Part shown: in pieces, positions 29,133 to 37,905 of the stretch
Numbering within the stretch: position 1 is the stretch's first letter
How the letters are laid out: each line of letters opens with the position of its first letter
Assembly (NCBI GenBank): GCA_964553035.1
Contig: CAZKJH010000001.1
Span: forward strand, 7,020 to 71,019
Direction: 5' to 3'
Origin: an uncultured Lentisphaerales bacterium
GTDB taxonomy: Bacteria; Verrucomicrobiota; Kiritimatiellia; RFP12; UBA3636
Length of the DNA: 64,000 nt
Notes under the pieces: model-generated
What the model was told of the DNA's origin: nothing
Database searches by the model: none
The model's input: only the letters and a program-made list of their open reading frames with translations
Made by a program: the position numbers and the translations under genes

Positions 29133-29206
29133 TGGAGCGGGCGATGGGAATCGAACCCACGTATGAAGCTTGGGAAGCTTCCATTCTGCCATTGAATTAC
29201 GCCCGC
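29133..29206 (-). tRNA. tRNA-Gly (anticodon CCC)
   Basis: Hand fold: acceptor GCGGGCG/CGCCCGC, D-stem ATTC/GAAT, anticodon stem GAAGC/GCTTC with loop TTCCCAA, T-arm GTGGG-TTCGATT-CCCAT, encoded CCA. Near-identical to E. coli glyU. Confidence 0.85.
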
Positions 29207-29369
29207 ACGGATGCGTCTTTATGAGTGTCCTATTTTATGAAATAGCACTGCTTGCTGTCAAGTGACAAAATTTGAAAATCTTGATCTACCCAACAGACCG
29301 CCTTTATGCTAAAATCTATTTCGTGAAACCCGTGCAATAGTGCCTCTGGTTTCTAAGTGGAGATGTCTC

Positions 29370-30791
29370 ATGATCGATCTATCTGAACTCGACGCGGTTT
29401 GGTTCTCTAAGCTCAATGCGATGATGGTCGGAGAGCCAGGGAGCATACCCAACACCCACGAATGGCACTGGACGGAGCGCCATCTTCATTGTTTATGGTC
29501 CGATGACAAGCTTCGTCCCAAAAAACTCCTCACGGCGAAAGGCGAACACGTACAAGTGATTGACGCCGGCCGGTGGAACTTGGAGGCTGGACCTGATTTT
29601 CTCAATGCCATCCTCGTCGTTGGAAATCGAACGCTTAAAGGCGATGTAGAGATCCATATCAGGGCCGCAGACTGGAATGCCCACCATCATACCAACGATC
29701 CTCGCTATGCAAACGTCATGTTGCATGTGACGTGGTTTCCATCCCAAACGAACCTTTTGGCACCACACATTCTCTCCGTCGCCTTGCGCGATTCCGTGCT
29801 GTCCATGCGCCGCTTTTCGTTCGATTCAATCGACTTGTCCGCGTATCCACACGCAACACTCCCCGCAACACCCCGCCCCTGTGGGGAACGCCTTGCAGAA
29901 GCGTCGCCGTCCGACATTCGGTCGCTTCTGGAAAGTGCTGGCATGAGCCGCCTGCGTCGCAAAGCTCTCCGTATGGCCTTACGTCTACAGGTGTCGGGAA
30001 GCCGTTACCAAGTTTTTTACGAAGAGTTCATGGCTGCGCTTGGGTACAAACCCAATGCCGATGGTATGAGAACCGTTGCGGAACTCATGCCCGTCGAACA
30101 GCTCTGTGAATCAACCGATTTCATGTCACGCTATGCCACTCTTCTGGGTATTGCCGGTATGCTCCCACAACACGCCGCTAAAAAGATTGATCGCCACGCC
30201 GACAAAACACGCAAGCTGTGGGATATCGCGTGGAAGCTGGGCGTTGCGGATTCACCTGACCGGCCCCATTGGAATCTCGGCGGCACGCGACCCATCAACC
30301 ACCCACGCCAACGACTGGCCACGGTCGCTATTCTTTTCCACAGCCCGACTGCACTTCTCGACCAGCTCTCAGCGATTCCTCAACCCGATGGCAAGACGTG
30401 GGCTAAGGAAGCCACCGATGCAATCCAATCTCCTCTCGAAACCGCCCGAACAAGCCTCGGAGCCGGGTTTAAGGAGTACTTAAAAATCGGCGAACAAAGA
30501 ATTAACACGATCCTGACCAACGTGGTGGTTCCACTTTTGTCTGTTGAAAATCGACTTGATCCCGCACTTTACCGCGCCATTCCCGGCGAGGCGGCAAACG
30601 AGCAAACCACCGAAGCCGCATTCCGCCTGCTCGGGCGCGACCACAATCCGGCAATCTATCGCTCAAGCGGACTGCGGATGCAAGGCCTTCTAGAAATTTG
30701 GAACGGCTTTTGTCTCTCCACGAAATCCCAGTGCGCAGACTGTCCGCTGGCCGAGGCCATTCGAACGTCCGTAAAAAAAGGTGCCGATTAG
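29370..30791 (+). CDS. DUF2851-family protein
   Basis: Family-level recall of conserved blocks (GPDFLNA, ALGYKPN); start uncertain (track ORF starts at 29340). Confidence 0.4.
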   Translation: MIDLSELDAVWFSKLNAMMVGEPGSIPNTHEWHWTERHLHCLWSDDKLRPKKLLTAKGEHVQVIDAGRWNLEAGPDFLNAILVVGNRTLKGDVEIHIRAADWNAHHHTNDPRYANVMLHVTWFPSQTNLLAPHILSVALRDSVLSMRRFSFDSIDLSAYPHATLPATPRPCGERLAEASPSDIRSLLESAGMSRLRRKALRMALRLQVSGSRYQVFYEEFMAALGYKPNADGMRTVAELMPVEQLCESTDFMSRYATLLGIAGMLPQHAAKKIDRHADKTRKLWDIAWKLGVADSPDRPHWNLGGTRPINHPRQRLATVAILFHSPTALLDQLSAIPQPDGKTWAKEATDAIQSPLETARTSLGAGFKEYLKIGEQRINTILTNVVVPLLSVENRLDPALYRAIPGEAANEQTTEAAFRLLGRDHNPAIYRSSGLRMQGLLEIWNGFCLSTKSQCADCPLAEAIRTSVKKGAD

Positions 30792-31946
30792 ATGCGTCCT
30801 GCTATAAAAATATCACACCGGATTATTCGGGCCTTAACGCTAATAGTCCTCTTGAGTCTCTGTGGATGCATTTCCTTCGATAAAAATGGAAACATGTTTT
30901 TCGATTCCCCGAATTTTTCCTCCGGAACAGCGCTTGTCGACGATCTGAAGAACCGAATTGTGAACCATGACGGAGCCGCTATGCGAGAATTCGCCATGAA
31001 AGAATTCAACGCCTTGCACAGTAATGACCCGAACGATCTCGATCGACTTCAGGAATGCATCGTCGCCATCAAGCAACACGCACCGAATCTGCCAGGCATT
31101 AAGGAATACGCATCATGGCTCGATGCAAGGATGGCCTACTTCGAGGCGGCTGAAGATGCCAAACACGCCGCCGAGGCAGAACTCAAAGCTGCGCAATACG
31201 CAAAAGCGCACGCACCAATCATCCGGCCAGAGCCGAAGCGGCTAGAACTGAAGCCGTCGTCTCATGCCACGACCGTCACGGTAATTGAAAATGAACCCTT
31301 CAACATCGACTCACTACCCGTCCTCCCACCAACGTATCGATCTGTGTCAAAACTGCCGACCCAAAAGACTGTAAAGGCGACAGAAACTCATGCTCCTAAA
31401 AATAAAGGCCCAAACACGCAACCTGATGCCTTGCGGGGCCGAGCCTATTGGCAAAAGGCGGTTGGCAAGCATCGGCGCCCTGCCAATGCTGATACCATAC
31501 TCCCCCGCATTAAACCGGCATTCAAAGCCGCAGGTCTTCCCGAAGCACTCGTGTGGATGGCGGAAGTTGAATCCTCCATGGATCCAGCCGCCCGAAGTCC
31601 CGTTGGTGCCGCCGGACTCTTCCAGCTCATGCCGCGTACGGCGCAATCGCTCGGACTCAAACTCTCGCCGCAAGATCAACGTCTCATTCCCGAACACAAC
31701 GCCAAAGCCGCTGCAAAATATTTGAAGGCACTTCACAAACGCTTCGGCTCATGGCCACTGGCACTGGCGGCCTACAACGCAGGCGAAGGGCGAATCTCTT
31801 CACTCTGCAAAAAACATAACACCAAGCGTTTCGACGATATTGCCAATGCACTCCCCAACGAAACCCAGATGTACGTCCCGCGCGTACTAGAAACCATCCG
31901 CCAAAGGACGGGTGTCGATCCCGACACTCTGCCACCACCATCGTAA
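30792..31946 (+). CDS. lytic transglycosylase (SLT domain) lipoprotein
   Basis: Lipobox LLSLCGC; SLT motifs EVESSMD, GLFQLMP, AYNAGEG. Confidence 0.65.
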   Translation: MRPAIKISHRIIRALTLIVLLSLCGCISFDKNGNMFFDSPNFSSGTALVDDLKNRIVNHDGAAMREFAMKEFNALHSNDPNDLDRLQECIVAIKQHAPNLPGIKEYASWLDARMAYFEAAEDAKHAAEAELKAAQYAKAHAPIIRPEPKRLELKPSSHATTVTVIENEPFNIDSLPVLPPTYRSVSKLPTQKTVKATETHAPKNKGPNTQPDALRGRAYWQKAVGKHRRPANADTILPRIKPAFKAAGLPEALVWMAEVESSMDPAARSPVGAAGLFQLMPRTAQSLGLKLSPQDQRLIPEHNAKAAAKYLKALHKRFGSWPLALAAYNAGEGRISSLCKKHNTKRFDDIANALPNETQMYVPRVLETIRQRTGVDPDTLPPPS

Positions 31947-32074
31947 AGAATGCGATTCGACAGAGTCGAATCGCACAAGGAATAGGGCTCGCTTTGCAAG
32001 TTTTACTCTCTTTCTTTAACCAGTCTCTGGTTGAAGACCTTTTAGTCTTTATACGACAAGATGCATTTGGTAGA

Positions 32075-33016
32075 ATGCACGCTAAAAATCAGTCGGGAAC
32101 GTTGTGTGCCCGAGTCGAAATTTGGAGCGTTCCCACTTTGAAAAAACCATTTGTTGCCCTGACTCTTGCCCTACTCGCCATGTCCGTCTGCGCCCAAGAC
32201 GCAATCATCGCACCCGTCCCCCTGAATGACGTGCTCGCAACAAAACCGCAAGGTATTAAGTACGAAGCCGAATCCCTGTTTGACTCTACCGCCACCGCAG
32301 CGGAAGCAGAGCCAATCTCAGGGGCGTGGCTTCTCGCCGAATGCGCCTCACGGATGCCGCTTGAACCCCTTTCCATGACCGGCACGCTAACCATGCGCAA
32401 GGTCTACGGCGTAGAGCTTAGAAAATATAACTACGTCGTCGCCATCCATTGGGGTGCTGCGGAGCCGAGAGCAACCTACGAAATTCTCACCACCAACAAC
32501 GAACGACTCGAAACCGTTGTTGCCGTTAGAAAACCAGAGGGAGCACTCGAGCTCTCACGCTTTGAGGGAAAAGACCGTCGCCCAACAGAAGCCCCCGCCA
32601 TCAATGCCACCGTTCGGGGAACCGACATCACGTGGCTCGATATTACGCTGGACTTCGTCTGGTGGCAGAATCCTATTTTATCCGGAACCGGCAAAGTCAA
32701 AGGCAGACTCTGCGATATCCTCGAAGTCGAACCAGCAGCACCGATGGAAAATTGTGCAAAGGTCAGACTCTGGATCGACCGGGAGCAAAAACTCGTGATG
32801 CAAGCCGCTCAGGTCGATGAAAAGGGACGCGAAGTACGCAAGATGTGGGTTCGCGCCGTCCAGAAAATCGACACGCGTTGGGTGCTCAAAGATATCGAAG
32901 TAGAAACCCTCGGCTCTGGTCACCGCACCCGCCTCCATGTTGAAGACGTGCAAAGCGGCGAAGCCGCTACCGACACTGACAAACAAGGACAGACAAAGAC
33001 AAACAAGGACGATTAG
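32075..33016 (+). CDS. secreted hypothetical protein (possible LolA-like fold)
   Basis: Signal peptide KKPFVALTLALLAMSVCAQD; start codon ambiguous (track ORF starts at 31994, which overlaps a regulatory-looking inverted repeat). Confidence 0.35.
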   Translation: MHAKNQSGTLCARVEIWSVPTLKKPFVALTLALLAMSVCAQDAIIAPVPLNDVLATKPQGIKYEAESLFDSTATAAEAEPISGAWLLAECASRMPLEPLSMTGTLTMRKVYGVELRKYNYVVAIHWGAAEPRATYEILTTNNERLETVVAVRKPEGALELSRFEGKDRRPTEAPAINATVRGTDITWLDITLDFVWWQNPILSGTGKVKGRLCDILEVEPAAPMENCAKVRLWIDREQKLVMQAAQVDEKGREVRKMWVRAVQKIDTRWVLKDIEVETLGSGHRTRLHVEDVQSGEAATDTDKQGQTKTNKDD

Positions 33017-33118
33017 CATCTCAAACCCACTCTCCACGATCAAGCATATCAATTCGTAATTCCTAATTCCTAATTCGTAATTTTCCACTCAATCTTGTAA
33101 TCCTGTCTGAAAAACCTT

Positions 33119-34888
33119 ATGAAAATAGATCCAACTAAAATGTCCGATTGGCAAATTGCCGAAGCCGCAGAAAACAACCTGACACCCATAGCCGAAATTG
33201 CACGTTCATTGGGAATTCAAGACGATGAACTCTCGCAGTACGGCACGTTCTACGGCAAGATCGACGCGGGTAGAATTTTAGGCCGACTCGATCGACCCGG
33301 TGTCCGACATGCCAAATATATCAACGTAACCGCTATCAATCCCACTCCGCTGGGCGAAGGTAAAACCACGACAACCATGGGTCTCGTTGAAGGTCTCGGC
33401 AAACTGGGACTTAATCCTATCGCCACCATCCGCCAACCGAGCGGAGGTCCGACCTTCAACATCAAGGGCTCCGCATCCGGCGGCGGTTTGGCCCAGTGCC
33501 TCCCTCTCTCACCGCTTTCGCTGGGACTTACCGGCGACATCGACGCGATCACCAACGCCAACAATCTCTGCATGACAGCACTAACCGCACGGATGCAGCA
33601 TGAGCAGAATTATGATGACGCACGCCTCGCCAAAAGCAACCTGACCCGCCTCGACATCGATCCCACCCAGATCAACATGCGCTGGGCCATCGATTTCTGC
33701 GCACAGTCCCTCCGCAATATCACCATCGGCAAGGGCGGCAAACTCGATGGCTACGAAATGGACTCCGGCTTCTACATCACCGTCGCCAGCGAAGTCATGG
33801 CCATCCTCGCCGTTTCACGCGATCTCGCGGATATGCGGCAACGCATGGGAAAAATCGTCGTTGCCTGGTCACGGTCTGGTAAACCGGTGACAACGCGTGA
33901 CCTCGAGGTCGATGGTTCCATGACCGCTTGGATGCTCAGAGCCATCAATCCAACCCTCATGCAGACACTTGAAGGCCAGCCGGTGCTCGTTCATGCCGGT
34001 CCGTTCGCCAACATCGCCATCGGACAAAGCTCCGTCATTGCCGACCGTCTTGGCAGTCTCCTGGGCGACTACCTCGTGACCGAAAGCGGATTCGGTGCTG
34101 ACATCGGTTTTGAGAAATTCTGGAACATCAAATGCCGCACCTCGCAGATGACCCCCGACGCGGCGGTCATCGTTGCCACGGTCCGCGCCCTGAAGTCACA
34201 TGGCGGCGGACCCGCCGTAAAGCCAGGTGCAAAACTCGACGAAGCCTACACTCGCGAGAACCTCGCCCTCGTGGAAGCAGGATGCGACAACCTGCGTGCG
34301 CATATTGAAACCGTCCGAAAGGCTGGCGTCACGCCTGTCGTCTGCCTCAACGCATTCTACACCGACACCCAAGCCGAGCAGCAGATCGTCAAACGACTCG
34401 CCGATGAGACGGGCGCACTCTTTGCCGTGTCCAACCACTGGCTGAAGGGCGGCGAAGGCGCTATCGAACTAGCTGAAGCCGTTGTCGAAGCCGCAAAGAA
34501 GCCCAACACCTTCAAATTTCTCTATTCCCTCGAGGATCCAGTCGAAACTCGAATTGAAAAGATTGCGAAAGAAGTTTATGGGGCTGACGGCGTCAGCTAC
34601 TCCGAAGTTGCCACCGCAAAGCTCAAGCAGATCGTCTCCAACTCCGATGTCGCGTCCCTGCCCATCTGCATGGCCAAAACCCAGTACTCGCTCTCGCACG
34701 ATCCCCTGCTACGAAACCGCCCAAAAGGGTGGACGCTTCCCGTGCAGGATTTCCTGACCTACAGTGGTGCTGGCTTCATTGTGCCTGTTGCCGGCGACAT
34801 CAAGCTGATGCCCGGAACGGCATCGGATCCCGCCTTTCGCCGCATCGATGTCGATACCGCGACTGGCAAGGTTACCGGGCTGAACTAA
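33119..34888 (+). CDS. fhs: formate--tetrahydrofolate ligase
   Basis: PTPLGEGKTTTT P-loop and full-length (589 aa) similarity to FTHFS. Confidence 0.8.
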   Translation: MKIDPTKMSDWQIAEAAENNLTPIAEIARSLGIQDDELSQYGTFYGKIDAGRILGRLDRPGVRHAKYINVTAINPTPLGEGKTTTTMGLVEGLGKLGLNPIATIRQPSGGPTFNIKGSASGGGLAQCLPLSPLSLGLTGDIDAITNANNLCMTALTARMQHEQNYDDARLAKSNLTRLDIDPTQINMRWAIDFCAQSLRNITIGKGGKLDGYEMDSGFYITVASEVMAILAVSRDLADMRQRMGKIVVAWSRSGKPVTTRDLEVDGSMTAWMLRAINPTLMQTLEGQPVLVHAGPFANIAIGQSSVIADRLGSLLGDYLVTESGFGADIGFEKFWNIKCRTSQMTPDAAVIVATVRALKSHGGGPAVKPGAKLDEAYTRENLALVEAGCDNLRAHIETVRKAGVTPVVCLNAFYTDTQAEQQIVKRLADETGALFAVSNHWLKGGEGAIELAEAVVEAAKKPNTFKFLYSLEDPVETRIEKIAKEVYGADGVSYSEVATAKLKQIVSNSDVASLPICMAKTQYSLSHDPLLRNRPKGWTLPVQDFLTYSGAGFIVPVAGDIKLMPGTASDPAFRRIDVDTATGKVTGLN

Positions 34889-34895
34889 GCTCGCT

Positions 34896-34985
34896 GAATC
34901 CACGTTAAAAACTCTTGCTACAAAGTTATCAACGTAGATTATTCCGAGCCTACCGCCTCGGGGTTTCAAAATTCAAACGAAAACA
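34896..34985 (+). repeat. left copy of ~85-bp direct repeat bounding the hipA-like islet
   Basis: ~80% identical to 37575-37665 (CCACGTTAAAACTCTT...CAACGTAGATTAT...CTCGGGGTTTCA). Confidence 0.7.
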
Positions 34986-35038
34986 AATAATACGAGTTTG
35001 ATGGCTCTGATCGAAAAGGGGCGGAGCCGTTTTACCTG

Positions 35039-36406
35039 TTACTCTCCGCCCGTGACTGACAACGTGTCATAATTTGCGGTAGCAATATTCTTGAATCCGA
35101 TTGATACCGTCTCATCATGAGCTACTCGCGCCCAGAAGATCTTGGCCAACTCAGCCGCTTTGAGCCAGATCTGACGCTCCTCAGGCGGTGAAGGTTTCAA
35201 CTTAATAGCCTGAAAAGGAAGCGTTCCATCCACTCCCGGTCGGTAGCTCATGGGCAGCATATCGTAGAGAGGAGAGAGCGTCAGCGGAGGATCCTGATCA
35301 AGAAAGAGAGAGATGTTTCCGTAGTGCATGTCGCTATTCCCTATTAGTACACCAAACCACCAATAAAGAGAGAGCCGCTCTGCTTCACCATGGCTTATCC
35401 AACCTGCATCCCGTAATTTCCCTGCCGCGTGGTTCCAAGGTAGACCGTTTATTCCTAGATAAGCGGCATCTAAAGATTCCAACGAAACAACGGCACGTCT
35501 ACCCGAATTCCCGCATCGATCAAAACGCTCTGATTCCAGAAACGTTCTGCCGGACGCTTGTACGATTCTGCTGAGCGTGCAGGACTCTCCCGCTTCGGAA
35601 AGAACCTGGTTTGCATGATACTCCGCATGCAATAGATCAGACCAACGCTGAGCCTCTGGCTGATCCGTGTTTCCACTGAATTTAACAAGAACATGACGCA
35701 AAGGGTTGGTCGCATCGCATACCGTTGCAAGAAACTTAGGTTGCTCTCCAGCAGCGGACGAACTGGGCCACTCCCCATGCAGTGATCTTTCGGCAAATTC
35801 AGGATAGTAACGTTCTCTTTCCTTCTCTCGTATGAAATTACGCGTATCCTCAGACAAACCCTGTACACGCGCAAGCATCTCCTGCCCGATCACAAAGGCA
35901 CCCGGCATATCTTCACCATAGCGACATAATGCCTCCAAAACCTGAGCGTCACTCCACGCTGAGGGATTTAGTTGTGCATTCAGCGCACGCGCATGGGATC
36001 GAGCAAACCCCCGTCCGAGAAAACCCTGCGGCCGCATATCCTGAAGAAACCACGGTAACCCGGGATAAAGTCCATCCTTGAAATCATCACCGCGCAAGGA
36101 TTTCCACGGCTTCTCTTGATAAAAAACATACTCGCCACCTGAAAGCGCATACAACACACCAAGATGCAAAGCATCCCCGAATTCGTTAATAAGATAGACG
36201 GATGATTCATTTGCATGCTGCTGACTTCGCAACGCGTAACGAGCGGATCGTGCCTGTCCGATGCGCAGAATACGTTGAGATCCCAATGATTTCAGTGCAC
36301 GAGAGACTGTCGGCTGGCTCACACCGAATGCTTTCGCCAACTCACTTGCCGAGGAAACACCCCTAGCTGCAAGATAATCGTATAGCTGTTTATTGATCAA
36401 ATTCAT
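35039..36406 (-). CDS. HipA-family Ser/Thr kinase toxin with fused N-terminal winged-HTH domain (YjjJ/HipH-like)
   Basis: N-terminal LAKAFGVSQPTVSRALKSL HTH; C-terminal NSDMHYGNISLF matching the HipA catalytic loop; 455 aa; no separate hipB gene. Confidence 0.55.
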   Translation of the reverse strand: MNLINKQLYDYLAARGVSSASELAKAFGVSQPTVSRALKSLGSQRILRIGQARSARYALRSQQHANESSVYLINEFGDALHLGVLYALSGGEYVFYQEKPWKSLRGDDFKDGLYPGLPWFLQDMRPQGFLGRGFARSHARALNAQLNPSAWSDAQVLEALCRYGEDMPGAFVIGQEMLARVQGLSEDTRNFIREKERERYYPEFAERSLHGEWPSSSAAGEQPKFLATVCDATNPLRHVLVKFSGNTDQPEAQRWSDLLHAEYHANQVLSEAGESCTLSRIVQASGRTFLESERFDRCGNSGRRAVVSLESLDAAYLGINGLPWNHAAGKLRDAGWISHGEAERLSLYWWFGVLIGNSDMHYGNISLFLDQDPPLTLSPLYDMLPMSYRPGVDGTLPFQAIKLKPSPPEERQIWLKAAELAKIFWARVAHDETVSIGFKNIATANYDTLSVTGGE

Positions 36407-36732
36407 GCATAGATAGTATCATCTATAAGTTGTTATGTCAAAAATATTTAAACCTTGTTTTTATATGTAATTGAATAGATAACGAATAGATACTCAAAGA
36501 GAAAACAAGGGTCAGACGTGAATGGCGCTAGTAATCGTAATCCTTGAAGAAATCTTCCAGATCACAATCAGCTCCAAAGATCCATATCTTGCCTTGATAC
36601 CCCTCTGTGCGACCTCCGTGGTAAAGTGCTTTAACCATGAAATACATGAAACACATGTCTCCTCTCTCGTTGATCGCTTTCGGTCGACACTTCCTTTTTT
36701 TAAGCATTCGGCAGGGATCCTATTTTCTCTTC

Positions 36733-36762
36733 CGGATCACATATTCGAATATGTGATCCGGG
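36733..36762 (+). repeat. perfect 30-bp palindrome CCGGATCACATATTC|GAATATGTGATCCGG
   Basis: Seen directly in a non-coding stretch of the islet. Confidence 0.9.
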
Positions 36763-36925
36763 ATAGGCTCTGTTCACATGAAAATGAAGTTGGGTAATTG
36801 ATATATCTCATACATTCGACTTTCGTCACTATTTTTTGAGGGTTTGATGTTTAATTCAGTTCGGCGTGGGCGGTGTAAAGTGTACTCGGAACATTACGTC
36901 GCTCGGTCTGGCGACCGTTCCTGAA

Positions 36926-37386
36926 TTATGCTTGATATTTCTCTCCCTCCCCACTCGCAACTCTCAATGTTTCCCGGATAGGACTCGCATATTCGTGATT
37001 TTCTTCCGTGATGCTATTCAAGCACTTTTGGCTAGACGATATTTTTGTCAGTTCAGCCGTCAGGCATTTAAGCAGCTCATCCGGTTTACGCGTCTCGCAT
37101 TCCCAGACGATCATGACATTCCACCCCAGATCCTGGAGACCGCTGATGTCCTGTTCATCCCGCGCCAGATTCCTTGTAAACTTAGTCTCCCAGAAAACCG
37201 TTTTTGTCTTCGGCATGCTTGCATCTGGACACCCGGGGTGTCGATGCCAGAAGCACCCATGAACAAAAATGGCGGTCTTATATCTCCGAAAGGCAACTCA
37301 CCGTAGTTCGCGAAATAAGTTTTTTGGGCGTTTAAATCCCACTCGGAAGAGAATACGCATTCCCCCCCCTGCTTTTTCCATCGCAA
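36926..37386 (-). pseudogene. vsr: very-short-patch-repair endonuclease (Vsr) gene remnant, frameshifted; poly-G(8) tract immediately upstream
   Basis: 96-aa ORF contains the FWETKF...RDEQDISGLQDLGWNVMIVWECE C-terminal Vsr block; KTAIFVHGCFWHRH lies in the same frame after a stop; upstream part is in another frame. Confidence 0.6.
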
Positions 37387-37574
37387 GGCGAAATTCTCCT
37401 ATCCCGGCAAAAAGATCAATGAAAGTGAAATTATAGTTTTGAGGAGGAGCGAATGGAACTTCATGAAAATCTTCTGTTTATGGAATCGCCAAAGTTCGCG
37501 ACAAAGTTAGCGACAAAGCTTTTTTCATCCTTCATCATTTCCTCAGGTGCCACGGTAGTGGCGCAATAATACAC

Positions 37575-37665
37575 CTAATCCACGTTAAAACTCTTACCTA
37601 GAAACTGCCAACGTAGATTATTTATAGTTTACCGACTCGGGGTTTCACGATCCTAACGACCAAAA
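37575..37665 (+). repeat. right copy of ~85-bp direct repeat bounding the hipA-like islet
   Basis: Matches 34896-34985. Confidence 0.7.
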
Positions 37666-37905
37666 ATCTGGATAAATCGGCATAATCTGTGGATAGAAAA
37701 ACAGAAAAACTCCGTGCATCCAAACCTCCGTGGTAAAATATTCTACTCGGTGTTCTTGCTCTCGGTGGCGAGGTTGTAAACCGCACAGCAGGCTGAATTC
37801 CGCTTACGCATCTATTTACAATGACACCCGAACCGTTTACAATCCAAAGCCGTTTAAGTCTATGTACAATATCTTTAAACCGACTTCACGGAACGCTTCA
37901 AAATT

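Noticed and set aside
31994-32074. N-terminal 27 codons of track ORF 31994..33016 (MQVLLSFFNQSLVEDLL...)
   Set aside because: This stretch coincides with the conserved AGTCTCT-loop hairpin motif. The same nucleotide motif yields a similar peptide in a spurious ORF at 40590, so it is more likely a regulatory leader than coding sequence.
36522-36797. 91-aa plus-strand ORF and a 42-aa minus-strand ORF (MVKALYHGGRTEGY...) upstream of the hipA-like gene
   Set aside because: Neither has an RBS or a recognisable domain. They lie in the decayed non-coding part of the islet spanning the 30-bp palindrome. The 42-aa ORF was considered as a HipB-like antitoxin but shows no HTH.
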